Shown here: piece after piece, positions 47,769-57,688 of the stretch
Position numbering within the stretch: the first letter of the stretch is position 1
How the letters are laid out: each line of letters opens with the position of its first letter
NCBI GenBank assembly: GCA_029983675.1
Contig: JASBYY010000004.1
Coordinates: 6,497 to 70,496, forward strand
Origin: Bacteroidales bacterium
GTDB taxonomy: Bacteria; Bacteroidota; Bacteroidia; Bacteroidales; F082
DNA length: 64,000 nt
Direction of reading: 5' to 3'
The notes under the pieces: generated by a model
Seen by the model: the letters and a program-made list of their open reading frames with translations, nothing else
Told to the model about the DNA's origin: nothing
Database searches by the model: none
Made by a program: the position numbers and the translations under genes

Positions 47769-48920
47769 ATGGACCTACAGCAACTGCAACGTACATTTGA
47801 AGCGCGTTTTGGCCAGCACGGTGCGCTATACACATCGCCCGGACGCATCAACCTGATTGGCGAACACACCGACTACAACGGCGGCTTTGTCTTTCCCGGC
47901 GCTATTGACAAAGGCATTTATGCCTGCATTCGCCTGAACGGCACTTCTACCGTCCGCGCCTACTCCGTCGATTACGACGATTATTGCGAGTTCGGTCTGC
48001 ACGAAGAAGACAAGCCCCAAGCAGCCTGGGCGCGGTATTTGTTCGGCGTATGTCGTGAAATGGATAAACGCGGCTTCGCACCGAGCGGTTTCGACACCGT
48101 TTTTGCCGGCGATGTGCCTCTGGGAGCGGGACTGTCGTCATCGGCAGCCTTAGAAAGCGTTTTCGCCTTTGCCCTCAACGACTTGTTGCATCTGAATATC
48201 GACAAATTCGAGTTGGCTCGCATCGGGCAGTCAACGGAACATAACTATTGCGGCGTAAAATGCGGCATCATGGACCAGTTTGCTTCGCTATTTGGCCAGG
48301 CGGGTCACCTGATGAGACTGAACTGTACCACGATGGAGTTCGAATATTTCCCCTTTAACCCAGTGGGTTACAAGGTGGTGCTGCTTGATACCGCTGTGAA
48401 GCACGAGTTGGCATCATCGGCATACAACAAACGCCGTGAGTCGTGTGAAAACGCCTGCGCCCATATTGCGGCAAAGCATCCCGATGTAAAATTCCTCAGC
48501 GATGCCACAATGGAGATGCTCAACGAGGTTAAGAATGAAATCAACACCGAAGATTATAAGCGTGCCGAATATGTCATTGGCGAGAAACAACGTGTGCTTG
48601 AGGTGTGCGATGCCTTGAAAAAAGGTGATTACGAGACTGTCGGGAAGTGCATGTACGGTACGCACCAAGGCATGAGCAAGCTCTACGAGGTGAGTTGCGA
48701 GGAGTTGGATTTCCTCAACGACATCGCCAAGGAATGTGGCGTGACAGGTTCTCGCGTCATGGGCGGTGGCTTCGGCGGCTGTACCATCAACCTTATCGAA
48801 GAAGCTCTGTATGAGCCATTTATTGCAACAGCAAAACAAAAGTTTGCCGAAGAATTTGGTCACGATCCAAAGGTATATGAGGTCACCATTTCCGATGGGG
48901 CAAGAAAAATCGGTGAGTAA
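47769..48920 (+). CDS. galK: Galactokinase
   Basis: 383 aa with the GalK signature GRINLIGEHTDYNGG and the GHMP ATP loop PLGAGLSSSAA. Confidence 0.95.
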   Translation: MDLQQLQRTFEARFGQHGALYTSPGRINLIGEHTDYNGGFVFPGAIDKGIYACIRLNGTSTVRAYSVDYDDYCEFGLHEEDKPQAAWARYLFGVCREMDKRGFAPSGFDTVFAGDVPLGAGLSSSAALESVFAFALNDLLHLNIDKFELARIGQSTEHNYCGVKCGIMDQFASLFGQAGHLMRLNCTTMEFEYFPFNPVGYKVVLLDTAVKHELASSAYNKRRESCENACAHIAAKHPDVKFLSDATMEMLNEVKNEINTEDYKRAEYVIGEKQRVLEVCDALKKGDYETVGKCMYGTHQGMSKLYEVSCEELDFLNDIAKECGVTGSRVMGGGFGGCTINLIEEALYEPFIATAKQKFAEEFGHDPKVYEVTISDGARKIGE

Positions 48921-48997
48921 ACAATTGGCATATTGCAACTTGCTGACAATAAAATAATTATAACAAAAAAAAGCATTTTTTCATAATACAATTATAA

Positions 48998-49912
48998 ATG
49001 ACATACAACACCATGAAACCCACCTTATTAGTATTGGCAGCCGGAATGGGGTCGCGCTATGGTGCGCTCAAGCAAATGGACGGTGTCGGTCCAAACAACG
49101 AAGCCATCCTCGACTACTCCATCTTTGATGCCAAACGCGCCGGTTTTGGCAAAGTCGTCTTCGTCATCCGCAAAGACTTTGCTGAGGCCTTTCAATCCAT
49201 TAACAACGCCGAACGTTTTGGCTTGCCTGTGGAATACGTCTATCAAAGCCTTGACAGTCTTCCCGATGGTTTTTCCGTTCCCGAAGGCCGCATCAAGCCT
49301 TGGGGCACCTGCCACGCGTTACTCATGGCGAAAGGTGTTATCAACGAGCCGTTTACTGCCATCAATGCCGATGATTTCTATGGGAAAGAGGCCTACGAAG
49401 TCATGGCGAAACACTTGATGGAATGTCAAGGTAAAATCGGAGCTTACAGCATGGTTGCTTATGAGCTGAAAAACACGCTCTCCGACTTCGGATCGGTATC
49501 GCGCGGCGTATGCACACAAGATGAAAACCACTATCTGAAGACCATTGTGGAACGCACTTCCATTGTAAAAACGGAACAAGGTGCCGCCTACTCCGATGAA
49601 AGCGGATCACATCCTTTGGAATTGAACACGCTGGTATCCATGAACTTCTTTGGTTTCACACCCGACTTTTTCGACTATGCCTCGAAAGGCTTTGTCGAAT
49701 TTCTGAAAGGACCCGCCCAAACCAATATCAAAGCCGAGTTCTTCATTCCGCTCATGGTCAACCAAGCCATCAACGACGGCCATGCCAAACTGAAAGTCCT
49801 GTCGAGTGATGCGGTGTGGTTTGGTGTGACTTACAAAGAGGATAAACCCGATGTGATGCGTAAGATCAGCACCCTGATTGCCAATGGAATATATCCGAAT
49901 AAACTCTGGTGA
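48998..49912 (+). CDS. Sugar-1-phosphate nucleotidyltransferase family protein
   Basis: 304 aa with the N-terminal LVLAAGMGSRYG nucleotide-binding loop of the NTP_transferase fold. An alternative ATG lies at 49013. It sits between galK and galM. Confidence 0.65.
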   Translation: MTYNTMKPTLLVLAAGMGSRYGALKQMDGVGPNNEAILDYSIFDAKRAGFGKVVFVIRKDFAEAFQSINNAERFGLPVEYVYQSLDSLPDGFSVPEGRIKPWGTCHALLMAKGVINEPFTAINADDFYGKEAYEVMAKHLMECQGKIGAYSMVAYELKNTLSDFGSVSRGVCTQDENHYLKTIVERTSIVKTEQGAAYSDESGSHPLELNTLVSMNFFGFTPDFFDYASKGFVEFLKGPAQTNIKAEFFIPLMVNQAINDGHAKLKVLSSDAVWFGVTYKEDKPDVMRKISTLIANGIYPNKLW

Positions 49913-49913
49913 C

Positions 49914-50966
49914 ATGAAAATAGAATCTAAAACATGGGGCAAGACCCTTGACGGAAAGTCCATCATGCTTTATACTTTGACCAACTCATTGGGCTGCCGC
50001 GTGCAGCTGCATGATGTCGGTGCGGGTATTGTTTCCATCGTCGTTCCCGATCGCAACGGACGCATGGACGATGTGGTTTTGGGCTATGCCAAAGCGACGG
50101 ATTATTTTGGCGACGGTCCTTGCATGGGCAAGGTTCCAGGGCGCTTCGCCAATCGCATTGCCAACGGACGTTTTTCCTACGAACAGACCGAGTACCAGCT
50201 TGACCTGATGCCCGGCAGGAACTACCATCTACATGGAGGTCCCATCGGATTCTCCAATCAGAAATGGGCAAGCCGAATCGAAGGCAACAGCGTGATTTTT
50301 AGCTATTTGTCTGCTGATGGCGAAGCGGGGTATCCCGGTGAGGTGCTGGCACAAATCCGCTATACTTGGAATGATGAAAACGAGTTGATCATGGAGTTTT
50401 CGGCTTCCACAACCGCCCCCACCATCATCAATCTGACCAACCATAGCTATTTCAACCTGAAAGGCGAAGGCAACGGCGATATTCTCGACCATAATCTACA
50501 GCTCAATGCTTCAAATTACTTGCAAACCGACAACAACCTCATCCCGACAGGCACTCTTGTCGAAGTCGCTGACACTCCCATGGATTTTACCACGGAAAAG
50601 CGAATTGGCAGAGACATACATCAGGACTATGATGCCATACGAAACGGCAAAGGCTATGACAGTTGCTGGGTAATCAACGGCTATGGGAAAAACAAAACCA
50701 ATTTGGCTGCCACGCTCTCCCATGAAGAAAGCGGCCGTAGATTACAGATTTACACCACGCAGCCTGCCATTCAGGTATATACCGGAAACTGGCTTGAAGG
50801 TTGCCCCGAAGGGAAAAACGGACATGTCTATCACGATTATGACGGCGTGGCATTAGAATGTCAGGCTTTTCCGGATGCGCCCAACAACCCCAGCTTCCCA
50901 AACACTTTCCTGCTTCCGGGAAAAAGCTACGAAGAAACCATCATTTTCAAATTTTCAACATTATAA
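49914..50966 (+). CDS. galM: Aldose 1-epimerase (galactose mutarotase)
   Basis: The ATG lies 1 nt after the preceding stop. The sequence has NGRFSYEQTEYQL..N...HLHGG and NLTNHSYFNL, typical of mutarotase. Confidence 0.85.
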   Translation: MKIESKTWGKTLDGKSIMLYTLTNSLGCRVQLHDVGAGIVSIVVPDRNGRMDDVVLGYAKATDYFGDGPCMGKVPGRFANRIANGRFSYEQTEYQLDLMPGRNYHLHGGPIGFSNQKWASRIEGNSVIFSYLSADGEAGYPGEVLAQIRYTWNDENELIMEFSASTTAPTIINLTNHSYFNLKGEGNGDILDHNLQLNASNYLQTDNNLIPTGTLVEVADTPMDFTTEKRIGRDIHQDYDAIRNGKGYDSCWVINGYGKNKTNLAATLSHEESGRRLQIYTTQPAIQVYTGNWLEGCPEGKNGHVYHDYDGVALECQAFPDAPNNPSFPNTFLLPGKSYEETIIFKFSTL

Positions 50967-50981
50967 ATAATTCAAAGACAA

Positions 50982-52277
50982 ATGAGTACAAAAACAAAAC
51001 AATGGGGTGCCATCATCGTAATGATCGCACTTTTTGCCATGATTGCATTTGTGACCAACCTGTGTTCGCCAATGGCTGTCATTGTAAAGAACCAATTTGG
51101 CGCCAGCAACTTCTTATCACAAATCGGTAACTACGGCAACTTCATTGCCTATCTCATCATGGGCATCCCCTCGGGCATGCTTATCAAGCGGTTTGGCTAC
51201 AAGAAGACCTCTCTGATTGCCTTGGCTGTGGGCATTATCGGCATTCTGGTCCAATGGGCAAGTGGTAGATACGGCTTTGGCGTTTATCTGATCGGCGCAT
51301 TTATTGCGGGATTCTGCATGTGCATGTTAAACACTGTTGTCAACCCCATGCTCAACTTGCTTGGCGGCGGGGGCAACAAGGGCAACCAACTGATTCAAAT
51401 CGGCGGTGTATTCAACTCTGCCGCTGCCGTTGCCGTTTACATCATCATGGGAGCACTCATCGGCGAGGCCACCAAAGCAAAGATCTCCGATGCCACACCT
51501 GCCTTGATGATTGCATTGGCCATCTTTGTCATCGGCTTTATTGTCATTCTCTTCACCAAAATCGAAGAACCGCAGCAACCTGTGGAGATCAAGGCCAACA
51601 AGGCTACGAAAGAAAAGTACAACGCTTTCTCTTTCCATCATTTCAAACTTGGAATCTTGGCTATTTTCTTATATGGCGGCATCGAAGTTGGCACCCCCAC
51701 CTACGTCCTTCAATATCTGACATCCGAACCTACCGCCGCAACGCCCGGCATTGGCATGAGCGGCACCATCGCGGGTCTCATCGTGGCCGTGTATTGGCTG
51801 ATGATGCTCGTTGGACGTTTTGTCGGAGGAGCCATTGGCGGAAAAGTGTCGTCAAAGGCCATGGTGACAACGGTTTCCATCGCTGCCTTCCTCCTCGTCC
51901 TCTTTGGCATGTTTGCCCCTACCGGCTGGCTTGTCAATATTCCCGGCATCGACTGGGCCAATCTGAGTGTTATTTGGGCCAAAGTACCCGTTGGCATCTT
52001 TGCCTTTATCCTTGTCGGGCTGTGTACCTCGGTGATGTGGGGAGCCATCTTTAATCTCGCCACCGAAGGATTGGGAAAATATACCGCCATTGCCTCCGGA
52101 GCTTTCATGACCATGGTCTTCGGTTTTGCCATCATGGTCGGACTGCAAGGACTTGTCGCCGACTGGACAGGCAGCTATATGACGAGTTTCATTGTCGTGT
52201 TGGCCTGTGCCGCATACATCTTGTTCTACGCCCTCATCGGATCGAGGAATGTCAACAAGGATATTCCTGTCGATTAA
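50982..52277 (+). CDS. MFS sugar transporter (glucose/galactose or fucose permease type)
   Basis: 431 aa with 12 TM segments. It looks like a FucP/GluP-type MFS and sits in the galactose cluster. Confidence 0.75.
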   Translation: MSTKTKQWGAIIVMIALFAMIAFVTNLCSPMAVIVKNQFGASNFLSQIGNYGNFIAYLIMGIPSGMLIKRFGYKKTSLIALAVGIIGILVQWASGRYGFGVYLIGAFIAGFCMCMLNTVVNPMLNLLGGGGNKGNQLIQIGGVFNSAAAVAVYIIMGALIGEATKAKISDATPALMIALAIFVIGFIVILFTKIEEPQQPVEIKANKATKEKYNAFSFHHFKLGILAIFLYGGIEVGTPTYVLQYLTSEPTAATPGIGMSGTIAGLIVAVYWLMMLVGRFVGGAIGGKVSSKAMVTTVSIAAFLLVLFGMFAPTGWLVNIPGIDWANLSVIWAKVPVGIFAFILVGLCTSVMWGAIFNLATEGLGKYTAIASGAFMTMVFGFAIMVGLQGLVADWTGSYMTSFIVVLACAAYILFYALIGSRNVNKDIPVD

Positions 52278-52292
52278 GCCTTTTCTTCATCA

Positions 52293-52335
52293 CGCAAAAA
52301 AGCCTGCGACCCCAATGGTCGCAGGCTTTTTTGCG
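52293..52335. terminator. Bidirectional rho-independent terminator
   Basis: The near-perfect palindrome CGCAAAAAAGCCTGCGACC-CCAAT-GGTCGCAGGCTTTTTTGCG lies between convergent genes ending at 52277 and 52350. Confidence 0.8.
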
Positions 52336-52349
52336 TTTTCATAGTCATG

Positions 52350-53324
52350 CTAATTCTGAAAGAACGCCTTGATTTCGGTTTCTTTCATGCTTCGGAAGCC
52401 GTATGCGTGCACGACCTTTCCCTTCTCCAGAAACACGATGACAGGAAAATTACCATCTGTTATTTTCAGCAACTGCACGACATCTTCATAAACCACGCTT
52501 TGATAAGGACGGATACCGGTTTCTTCAAAAAAGCGGCCGATGCCCTCCGCAGTACCAAGAAAAGCACAATAAACGTTGTCCGCAGAAAAATGATAGTGTT
52601 CCTGCATCAACGACAACTTTTCCACCGCCATCTTGCAATAATCGCATCCGGTGCTGAAAAAACAAAGCACTTTCTTGCCTTCATCCAAGTGTAAGCTGTC
52701 TAAAGGCGCCTGTTGCATCGACTTGTAAAGCAGTTCTGTTTGCACCGACCCTTTTTCATTGTAGTTGGGCATATAATTGTCGGGAGGCGAAACGACAAAA
52801 ACCACTACCGAAGCAATGGCCGCCACTCCGATCAGTGCTAAGAAATCCCTCTTAAAGCGAAACCCCTTCACCTTATAAATCAAGACAAACAAGGCTAATA
52901 ATGCTATATTCTTGACAATAGACTGCCAGGGATTGAGCTGTAGATATTCGCCGAAGCAATGGCAACTATCCATCCGTCCGATGACAAATGCATAGAATAG
53001 GAAAAAGGTATATCCGATCAACATCAGCACGCTACCCCACCACATCAGTTTATGCAGACAATTGGAAATCAACCCAATGCCAAGCACAAGTTCAGCGATA
53101 ATGGCAGCTCGAGCCACTAAGAATGAAAAGTTCAGACTGAAAAAGTGATAGCTGTAGATATAAATTTCAAAACGATCCATGTCGGCAATCTTCACCACTG
53201 CCGATACGACAAAAAGAATTCCCAACAACAGCTTTAGGAAAAACTTCCAAGTAATCTTCCGTTCTTGTTCCATAGCGCACAAAAACAAAAAAAAGGAAAC
53301 ACGGACCCGTGTTTCCTTTTTCAT
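52350..53324 (-). CDS. Membrane protein (DoxX/MauE-like TM domain) fused to a thioredoxin-like domain
   Basis: The N-terminal half has 4-5 TM helices. The C-terminal half has a CxxC motif (STGCDYCK) in a thioredoxin-like context. The start is uncertain (53324 or 53273). Confidence 0.6.
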   Translation of the reverse strand: MKKETRVRVSFFLFLCAMEQERKITWKFFLKLLLGILFVVSAVVKIADMDRFEIYIYSYHFFSLNFSFLVARAAIIAELVLGIGLISNCLHKLMWWGSVLMLIGYTFFLFYAFVIGRMDSCHCFGEYLQLNPWQSIVKNIALLALFVLIYKVKGFRFKRDFLALIGVAAIASVVVFVVSPPDNYMPNYNEKGSVQTELLYKSMQQAPLDSLHLDEGKKVLCFFSTGCDYCKMAVEKLSLMQEHYHFSADNVYCAFLGTAEGIGRFFEETGIRPYQSVVYEDVVQLLKITDGNFPVIVFLEKGKVVHAYGFRSMKETEIKAFFQN

Positions 53325-53336
53325 CTCAAAAAAAGA

Positions 53337-53555
53337 TTAGTTTCTACGGCACTGGATGTCGGAATAAAGTGATTGCTGCGCAGTTTCCCACTGTTTGCAG
53401 GTCTTTTGCATGTTTTCCATCTCAGCAGCAGTATAAGTTTTACTTACTTCAACACCGCCAAGCTTATAAGTGCATTTACAATCTGTGTACTTGGCACACG
53501 AAGCAAAACCTGCCATGATGGCAACTGCGCCTAAAACTAACAATACTTTTTTCAT
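53337..53555 (-). CDS. Small Cys-rich lipoprotein, hypothetical
   Basis: 72 aa with a lipobox (MAGFASC). It shares the GFASC.K.T.C.C pattern with its neighbour. Confidence 0.5.
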   Translation of the reverse strand: MKKVLLVLGAVAIMAGFASCAKYTDCKCTYKLGGVEVSKTYTAAEMENMQKTCKQWETAQQSLYSDIQCRRN

Positions 53556-53659
53556 TTCAATAGATTTTGATTAATATTACAAATTTTCCGACCGCGCCCG
53601 CCAACAATGCAGCTCAACAGCGGTCATGTTTCATTAAGCAAAATTCATACCAAATAAGG

Positions 53660-53956
53660 TCAGTGCCCTCCGTTATTCCCGCCTTGATTTCCACCACCAA
53701 ACAATTTATCCCAAAAACTGGGTTCTTGATCCTTATTGGGGTTGTCCACTTCACGGCAAATCACTTGCCCCCAGCCTTTGAACTCCTTTTCCTTGTCGCT
53801 GCAAGAACCGGCTTCCATATAATAAGGTTCGGTTTCCTCACCTAACATAACGGATTCATTGTTCACCACTGCCGAACACTGGCACCAAGTGGTCTTTTTG
53901 CATGAAGCAAAGCCAACCAAGGCTGCGATTGCGAATAAAAAGAATAGCTTTTTCAT
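53660..53956 (-). CDS. Small Cys-rich lipoprotein, hypothetical
   Basis: The start is taken at MKKLFFLFAIAALVGFASC (53956). The tail is Gly/Asn-rich. Confidence 0.5.
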   Translation of the reverse strand: MKKLFFLFAIAALVGFASCKKTTWCQCSAVVNNESVMLGEETEPYYMEAGSCSDKEKEFKGWGQVICREVDNPNKDQEPSFWDKLFGGGNQGGNNGGH

Positions 53957-54150
53957 CAATTTCCTTTTGCTTTCAACGTTGCAAAGGTACAAAAATTGCA
54001 AATGTTCAATTCAATATGAATAAGATCTTGTGCTAAATTAATCTATCTACTTAATAATCAACTGACAGTAGAAATATCACCAAAAAAAAGCGAAAAAGAG
54101 TGCTTGGTAATAAAAAAAAGACTATTTTTGCAGCCGCTAAGCAACCACCT

Positions 54151-54242
<92 letters not shown>

Positions 54243-54252
54243 AAAAGGATTT

Positions 54253-54327
54253 CGGGGTATGGCGCAGTCCGGCTAGCGCACCTGCTTTGGGAGCAGGGGG
54301 TCGAAGGTTCGAATCCTTTTGCCCCGA
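54253..54327 (+). tRNA. tRNA-Pro (anticodon TGG)
   Basis: Hand-folded. The acceptor is CGGGGTA/TGCCCCG, the D-arm is GCGC...GCGC, and the anticodon stem is CCTGC/GCAGG with loop TTTGGGA. The T-loop is TTCGAAT. Confidence 0.9.
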
Positions 54328-54353
54328 CTTGGTTAGGGACATTATCACATCAG

Positions 54354-54378
54354 GCCGCTATAAAAAGCGGCTTTTTTG
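54354..54378 (+). terminator. Rho-independent terminator after the tRNA pair
   Basis: GCCGCT-ATAAAA-AGCGGC is followed by TTTTTTG. Confidence 0.6.
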
Positions 54379-54425
54379 TTTCCTATAAACTACACTATAT
54401 CAATATATTACATTAAGGTCACGAC

Positions 54426-55076
54426 TTACTCGAAACTTTTCAATGCCGCCGCATTAACGACGACAATTTTACGCCCATCCATCCTCACCCACCCAGCATC
54501 TATCATTTCGGCCAGGACACGTGCCAATGATGGCCGCGCCACTCCTAAAAAATCGGCAATCTGCTGTTGGGTCTCGACTTGTTCGTGTGTCAGCAGATAC
54601 GAGGCCAAACGTCCCTTGAGATTTTGCAAGGCGAAACTATTGACCTTCTGGGTCAAAAAAATACTCTTGTCGGATAATATGTTCACAAAATGGTCGAGTA
54701 CGGAAGGCTCTCCGTGTATCAGTTCGGTAAAACTTTCCTTTCCCATAAAGGCAACCGTACAATCGGTGAAAGCCTCTATATTTACCGGGAAAATACCTTG
54801 TGTGGCAAACAACGCCGCAGGAGCCAAGACTCGCGGAGCCTGTAAGAATTCGATAACGACCTGCTTGCCTTCGGCATTAATCATAGTGGCCCTGGCGTTT
54901 CCGCTCACAAGTAGATTCAGCGTATTGCACGGCATACCTTGAAGCACCATCATACTCCCCGCTGAAAACCGTTTGGAATACACCTCTGACTTCTCTATGA
55001 AACGCTGCAACTTTTCCCGAACCATACCGGAAAACAAATCGAACTGCATCAGGTCGTTAACGTCCATACTTGTCAT
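54426..55076 (-). CDS. Crp/Fnr family transcriptional regulator
   Basis: 216 aa with an N-terminal cNMP-binding-like beta barrel and a C-terminal HTH (TQQQIADFLGVARPSLARVLAEM). Confidence 0.8.
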   Translation of the reverse strand: MTSMDVNDLMQFDLFSGMVREKLQRFIEKSEVYSKRFSAGSMMVLQGMPCNTLNLLVSGNARATMINAEGKQVVIEFLQAPRVLAPAALFATQGIFPVNIEAFTDCTVAFMGKESFTELIHGEPSVLDHFVNILSDKSIFLTQKVNSFALQNLKGRLASYLLTHEQVETQQQIADFLGVARPSLARVLAEMIDAGWVRMDGRKIVVVNAAALKSFE

Positions 55077-55123
55077 TTTTTGGCAAAGGTATGAAAATCC
55101 ATGTTCTATGCATGACCAAGCAC

Positions 55124-55150
55124 AAAAAAAGCCGCCATTACTGACGGCTT
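55124..55150 (-). terminator. Rho-independent terminator of the 55172-55570 gene
   Basis: AAGCCG-CCATTACTGA-CGGCTT forms a hairpin. The plus-strand A-run at 55124-55130 gives a T-run after the hairpin on the minus strand. Confidence 0.5.
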
Positions 55151-55171
55151 ACTTGTGTTGTGTAGTATCGA

Positions 55172-55570
55172 TTATTGTCCAAAAATGCTGTCAACCAAAT
55201 CAGTGGCGACATCATTGACGGAATCCATAATCATGTCAACTTCGTCTTCAACATTCTTGTTGCAACCAAGTTCTGCAGACTTCGCATCAGCTTTTTTGGA
55301 AAAATCATCAACCATCTCTTCAAACTTCGTCATTTCTTCAACTGTCATTTTCTCGTCCTCTGCTGCATAATTGCTATCATCAATACCTATTAAGAGGAGA
55401 TCAAGACCAAGCATGTTAAGATCTTCACAATTCGTTACGCTTTCCAATTTCTGTTGAACAGCTTCCAAAGCCAGTTTGGAAGCTTTGAACTGCTTTGACT
55501 CTTTTGTTCCGCATGACACCAAAACAAAAAGCAATGCACCTGTTAAAACAAAAAGTAAACACTTTTTCAT
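55172..55570 (-). CDS. Hypothetical lipoprotein
   Basis: 132 aa with a lipobox (FVLVSCG) and an acidic helical body. Confidence 0.55.
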   Translation of the reverse strand: MKKCLLFVLTGALLFVLVSCGTKESKQFKASKLALEAVQQKLESVTNCEDLNMLGLDLLLIGIDDSNYAAEDEKMTVEEMTKFEEMVDDFSKKADAKSAELGCNKNVEDEVDMIMDSVNDVATDLVDSIFGQ

Positions 55571-55747
55571 TGTACAATAAGTTAATTAAGTGATTATAAT
55601 GTACAAAAGTATATAAAAATCAGACTCCCAAACATTTTTTCTATTTTTTTCATCGTTTTTTTACCTTTTTGGATGAAAACCCAACCAGACTTCTATTTTG
55701 AAGACTACAAAATTCGTATTTTTGTAGTTTGATTTATTGTGCACCCA

Positions 55748-57598
55748 ATGGAAAATTTCATCGTTTCTGCAAGAAAATACAGACCTGCCACCTTTGACAC
55801 GGTCGTCGGTCAAGAGTCGATCACTTCGACTTTGAAAAATGCCATTCGCAACAACACGTTGGCACAAGCCTTCCTGTTTTGCGGTCCACGCGGCGTTGGC
55901 AAGACCACCTGCGCCCGCATCATGGCCAAAACCGTGAACTGCCTGAACCGAACGGAGAATTTCGAAGCCTGCAACGAATGCGAGTCATGTAAGGCATTCA
56001 ACAACAACGCTTCTTTCAACATATACGAACTGGATGCCGCCTCCAATAACTCCGTTGACGACATCCGCAATCTTGTCGAACAAGTCAGAATACCTCCGCA
56101 AATCGGGAAATATAAAGTGTATATCATCGACGAGGTGCACATGCTTTCAAAAGATGCTTTCAATGCTTTCTTGAAAACCCTTGAAGAGCCTCCGGCGTAT
56201 GCCAAGTTCATTCTTGCCACTACTGAAAAGCACAAAATCATCCCCACCATCCTATCGCGTTGTCAAATATTTGATTTCAAGCGAATTACCGTTGAAGACA
56301 TTGCCAAACACCTCGCTTTTGTGGCTTCGCAAGAAGGCATATCCGCCGAACCCGAAGCATTGAACATCATTGCTCAGAAAGCAGACGGCGCCTTGCGCGA
56401 CGCTTTGTCAATCTTTGACCAGATGGTCAGTTTCTGCGGACAAAGCATCACCTATAAAGCCGTCATCGACAACCTCAATGTCCTCGACCACGACTATTAT
56501 TTCAAAGTGACGGACTATATTCTACATGCCGATACCGGCAATATGCTGCTGCTTTTGAATGATGTTATCAGCAAAGGATTTGAGCCACAGCATTTTATCT
56601 GCGGACTGGGAGAACATCTTCGTAATTTGCTGGTCAGCAAGGATGCTGACACGACCCAACTTCTTGAAGTGAGCGGACAACTGCGGCAACGCTATGAAGA
56701 ACAGTCGAAATGCTGCACCATGCCTTTTTTAATCGATGCTTTGGCCATCAACAACCAAAGCGACCTCGATTATCGCGGTAGCAGCAACAAACGCTTACAC
56801 CTTGAAATCGCCCTGCTTAAAATGTGTGCGCTGACCAATACCGGTCTGCATACGGATGAACCTGTTCAAACCCCGCAGCGCTTACCCTCCAATCAGCCTG
56901 CCGATGTCAAAACCAAGCCCCAACCCGCTGTGCAACCGACAAAACAGCCTGCCCCCCCCCAGCCACATGCTATCCCTTCTGCCCCAGCAAACCAACCCTT
57001 GCCCCAAACACCCCATCCAACTCCCTCTACCTCTCCAAAAAACAAAGGAGAACCTCCACATACTCAGATTGAAACGCCTGCTCCTGTAAGCTCGATGATT
57101 CAAGACAAAGCACCTTCGGTCATTGTCGATCAAAAACCCGAGGTGAAACGCCGTGGCATCCAAACAAGTGGTTTTTCCATCAATGCGGAAGAAGAATCAG
57201 AGAAACTATCCGAAGAAGATGAATCTACTTGGGATTTGCCCTTTACGCAAGAAGATCTTTTGAAATCATGGAACGATTTTGTGGGCAAATACCGCAGCAT
57301 ATCGCCCAATTTTGCAGCAGGATTGGGAAAATACAAGCCCCGCTTGGAGGGCAATCATGAAATCCATTTTAGCGTGGACAACACATTGATTCAGGACGAC
57401 AGCGAAGGCATGGCTTCATTGAAAAACCATCTGAAACACGCCTTGCACAACAACCAGTTTATGCTGATTCCAGAAATAATGGATAAGCCAGCCGAAACAC
57501 AGGCCTACACCGACAAGGAAAAATTTGAAAAAATGTCAAAAGACTATCCCATACTCAACACGTTGCAAACCGAACTGAATCTGGAATGCGATTTGTAA
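55748..57598 (+). CDS. dnaX: DNA polymerase III subunit gamma/tau
   Basis: The sequence has RKYRPATFDTVVGQE, Walker A GPRGVGKTT, a Zn module (CNECESC), and SRC (LSRCQ), followed by a P/Q-rich linker. The ORF opens at 55739, and the ATG at 55748 is the likelier start. Confidence 0.92.
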   Translation: MENFIVSARKYRPATFDTVVGQESITSTLKNAIRNNTLAQAFLFCGPRGVGKTTCARIMAKTVNCLNRTENFEACNECESCKAFNNNASFNIYELDAASNNSVDDIRNLVEQVRIPPQIGKYKVYIIDEVHMLSKDAFNAFLKTLEEPPAYAKFILATTEKHKIIPTILSRCQIFDFKRITVEDIAKHLAFVASQEGISAEPEALNIIAQKADGALRDALSIFDQMVSFCGQSITYKAVIDNLNVLDHDYYFKVTDYILHADTGNMLLLLNDVISKGFEPQHFICGLGEHLRNLLVSKDADTTQLLEVSGQLRQRYEEQSKCCTMPFLIDALAINNQSDLDYRGSSNKRLHLEIALLKMCALTNTGLHTDEPVQTPQRLPSNQPADVKTKPQPAVQPTKQPAPPQPHAIPSAPANQPLPQTPHPTPSTSPKNKGEPPHTQIETPAPVSSMIQDKAPSVIVDQKPEVKRRGIQTSGFSINAEEESEKLSEEDESTWDLPFTQEDLLKSWNDFVGKYRSISPNFAAGLGKYKPRLEGNHEIHFSVDNTLIQDDSEGMASLKNHLKHALHNNQFMLIPEIMDKPAETQAYTDKEKFEKMSKDYPILNTLQTELNLECDL

Positions 57599-57688
57599 TT
57601 TGTTCATTTCCAGTCAACAAACTGTACCTTTTCAAACCCATCACTGTTTATTATCGAAATTAAAATAAATAATTAAATACTTCAATAA

